Positions 63,341 through 64,000 of a DNA stretch of 64,000 nucleotides are shown piece by piece; position 1 is the stretch's first letter, and each line of letters starts with the position of its first letter. The notes beneath the pieces were generated by a model that had not been told where the DNA came from, ran no database searches, and saw nothing but the letters and a program-made list of their open reading frames with translations. The DNA is from an uncultured Solirubrobacterales bacterium (GTDB lineage: Bacteria; Actinomycetota; Thermoleophilia; Solirubrobacterales; 70-9), in contig CAVOHR010000001.1 in the NCBI GenBank assembly GCA_963695835.1, forward strand, positions 855,259 to 919,258, given 5' to 3'. Both the position numbers and the translations under genes were made by a program.

Positions 63341-63550
63341 TTAGGTGAACGGAGCGTCTTCGAGCGAGGAGAGCGCGAGCTCGATCAGCCGATCGGCGCG
63401 CTCGCCGGTGGGTTTGTGAGTTCCCTCCAGCCATGCCCGGACGGTCGACGGAGCGGTGTCCGTCGCTCTGGCGATGTCGGCGTCGGTGAGCCCGGCGATG
63501 TCGTGAACCCGGCGCGCCTCGCGTGCGTATGGGTGGACTGCCGGTGCCAT
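63341..63550 (-). CDS. Small HTH protein (Xre-like antitoxin-type HTH)
   Basis: GLTDADIARATDTAPSTVRAWLEGTHKP HTH pattern. Confidence 0.5.
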   Translation of the reverse strand: MAPAVHPYAREARRVHDIAGLTDADIARATDTAPSTVRAWLEGTHKPTGERADRLIELALSSLEDAPFT

Positions 63551-63604
63551 CTACAGCGTCACAGTAGCTGGATCGCGCGCGCGACTTTTCGTCCCTGCCA
63601 GGCT

Positions 63605-63646
63605 ATTTTCTACTAGAAACCTTATTCTACTGGTAGAGTAGAAAAT
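63605..63646. promoter_or_regulatory. AT-rich divergent promoter/operator with repeated TTCTA(C) half-sites
   Basis: attttctac (63605-63613) / gtagaaaat (63638-63646), plus the internal palindromes ttctaCtagaa and tctac-tg-gtaga. Confidence 0.45.
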
Positions 63647-64000
63647 ATGAATGAGGTAGAAAAGCGCTGGCAGAAGATCCTGGCATCCGTGCTGGAGGGC
63701 GCGACCGTCGAAGCTGCGCCGGGCGACAGCGGCGCCGACCTCGTGATCCGCACTCGCGATGGCCGGGCGATTGCGATCGAGGCGAAGTGGGCCGGCGAGG
63801 GCTGGCCGCAGGATGTCCGGCGCGTGGCGGCAACGGTCGGCGAGCAGTGGCCGGAGAACACCGTCCTTCTCGCACGGAGGCTCTCTCCCGGCGCGATCGA
63901 GTGGCTGCGGGACCGCGGCGCCAACTGGGCCGACGAGGTCGGCCAGGCGCGCATCATCGGGCCTGGCGGGTTGGTCGTAATCCGCGAAGTCGCTCAGCTG
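63647..64000 (+). CDS. Hypothetical protein, 3' end beyond window (possible restriction-endonuclease-like fold)
   Basis: Open frame MNEVEKRWQKILASVLEG...DLVIRTRDGRAIAIEAKWAG...LLARRLSPGAIEWLRDRGANWAD runs to the window edge. It is absent from the ORF track because it has no stop. Confidence 0.5.
   Translation, partial: MNEVEKRWQKILASVLEGATVEAAPGDSGADLVIRTRDGRAIAIEAKWAGEGWPQDVRRVAATVGEQWPENTVLLARRLSPGAIEWLRDRGANWADEVGQARIIGPGGLVVIREVAQL

Overview
High-GC (about 70%) actinobacterial-type chromosomal segment. Positions 1-22.9 kb are ordinary core genome. They carry a sulfate-assimilation operon (sirA-cysH-sat-cysC), a Fic protein, a PHP phosphoesterase, an acyl-CoA carboxylase alpha subunit, a sulfatase, sucCD, a YVTN/PKD secreted protein, an aminotransferase, a DtxR-family regulator, folP, an MrfA/SftH-like helicase and a GH15 hydrolase. 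At 22,906 a tRNA-Phe gene is cut in its anticodon arm, and its matching 3' half lies at 54,303-54,344. The ~31.4 kb between them is a decayed integrated island. It contains an HTH/PIN toxin-antitoxin pair, a truncated tyrosine integrase, many gene fragments, RNase HI and three large secreted hydrolases. It also carries its own intact tRNA-Phe, with a tandem dimer of a 3,125-bp IS-like element inserted just after that tRNA. The most interesting content is a translationally coupled four-gene operon at 38,790-47,347. It encodes an EssD-type non-specific nuclease, two proteins with no recognisable domains, and a 1,767-aa Zn-ribbon/DEAH helicase with four novel repeats and three S1 domains. I propose this operon as a candidate undescribed defence or conflict system. 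Right of the island (54.3-64 kb) is more decayed mobile DNA: transposase and integrase remnants, a dead phd/doc-like pair, and an AbiEi gene with an internally deleted AbiEii. It also holds internally deleted ABC and MBL genes next to intact MarR, MFS and methyltransferase genes. Other recurring structure includes nested palindromic elements bracketing accA and perfect palindromes sitting at truncated gene ends. All functional calls come from motif recognition by eye; no database searches were run.
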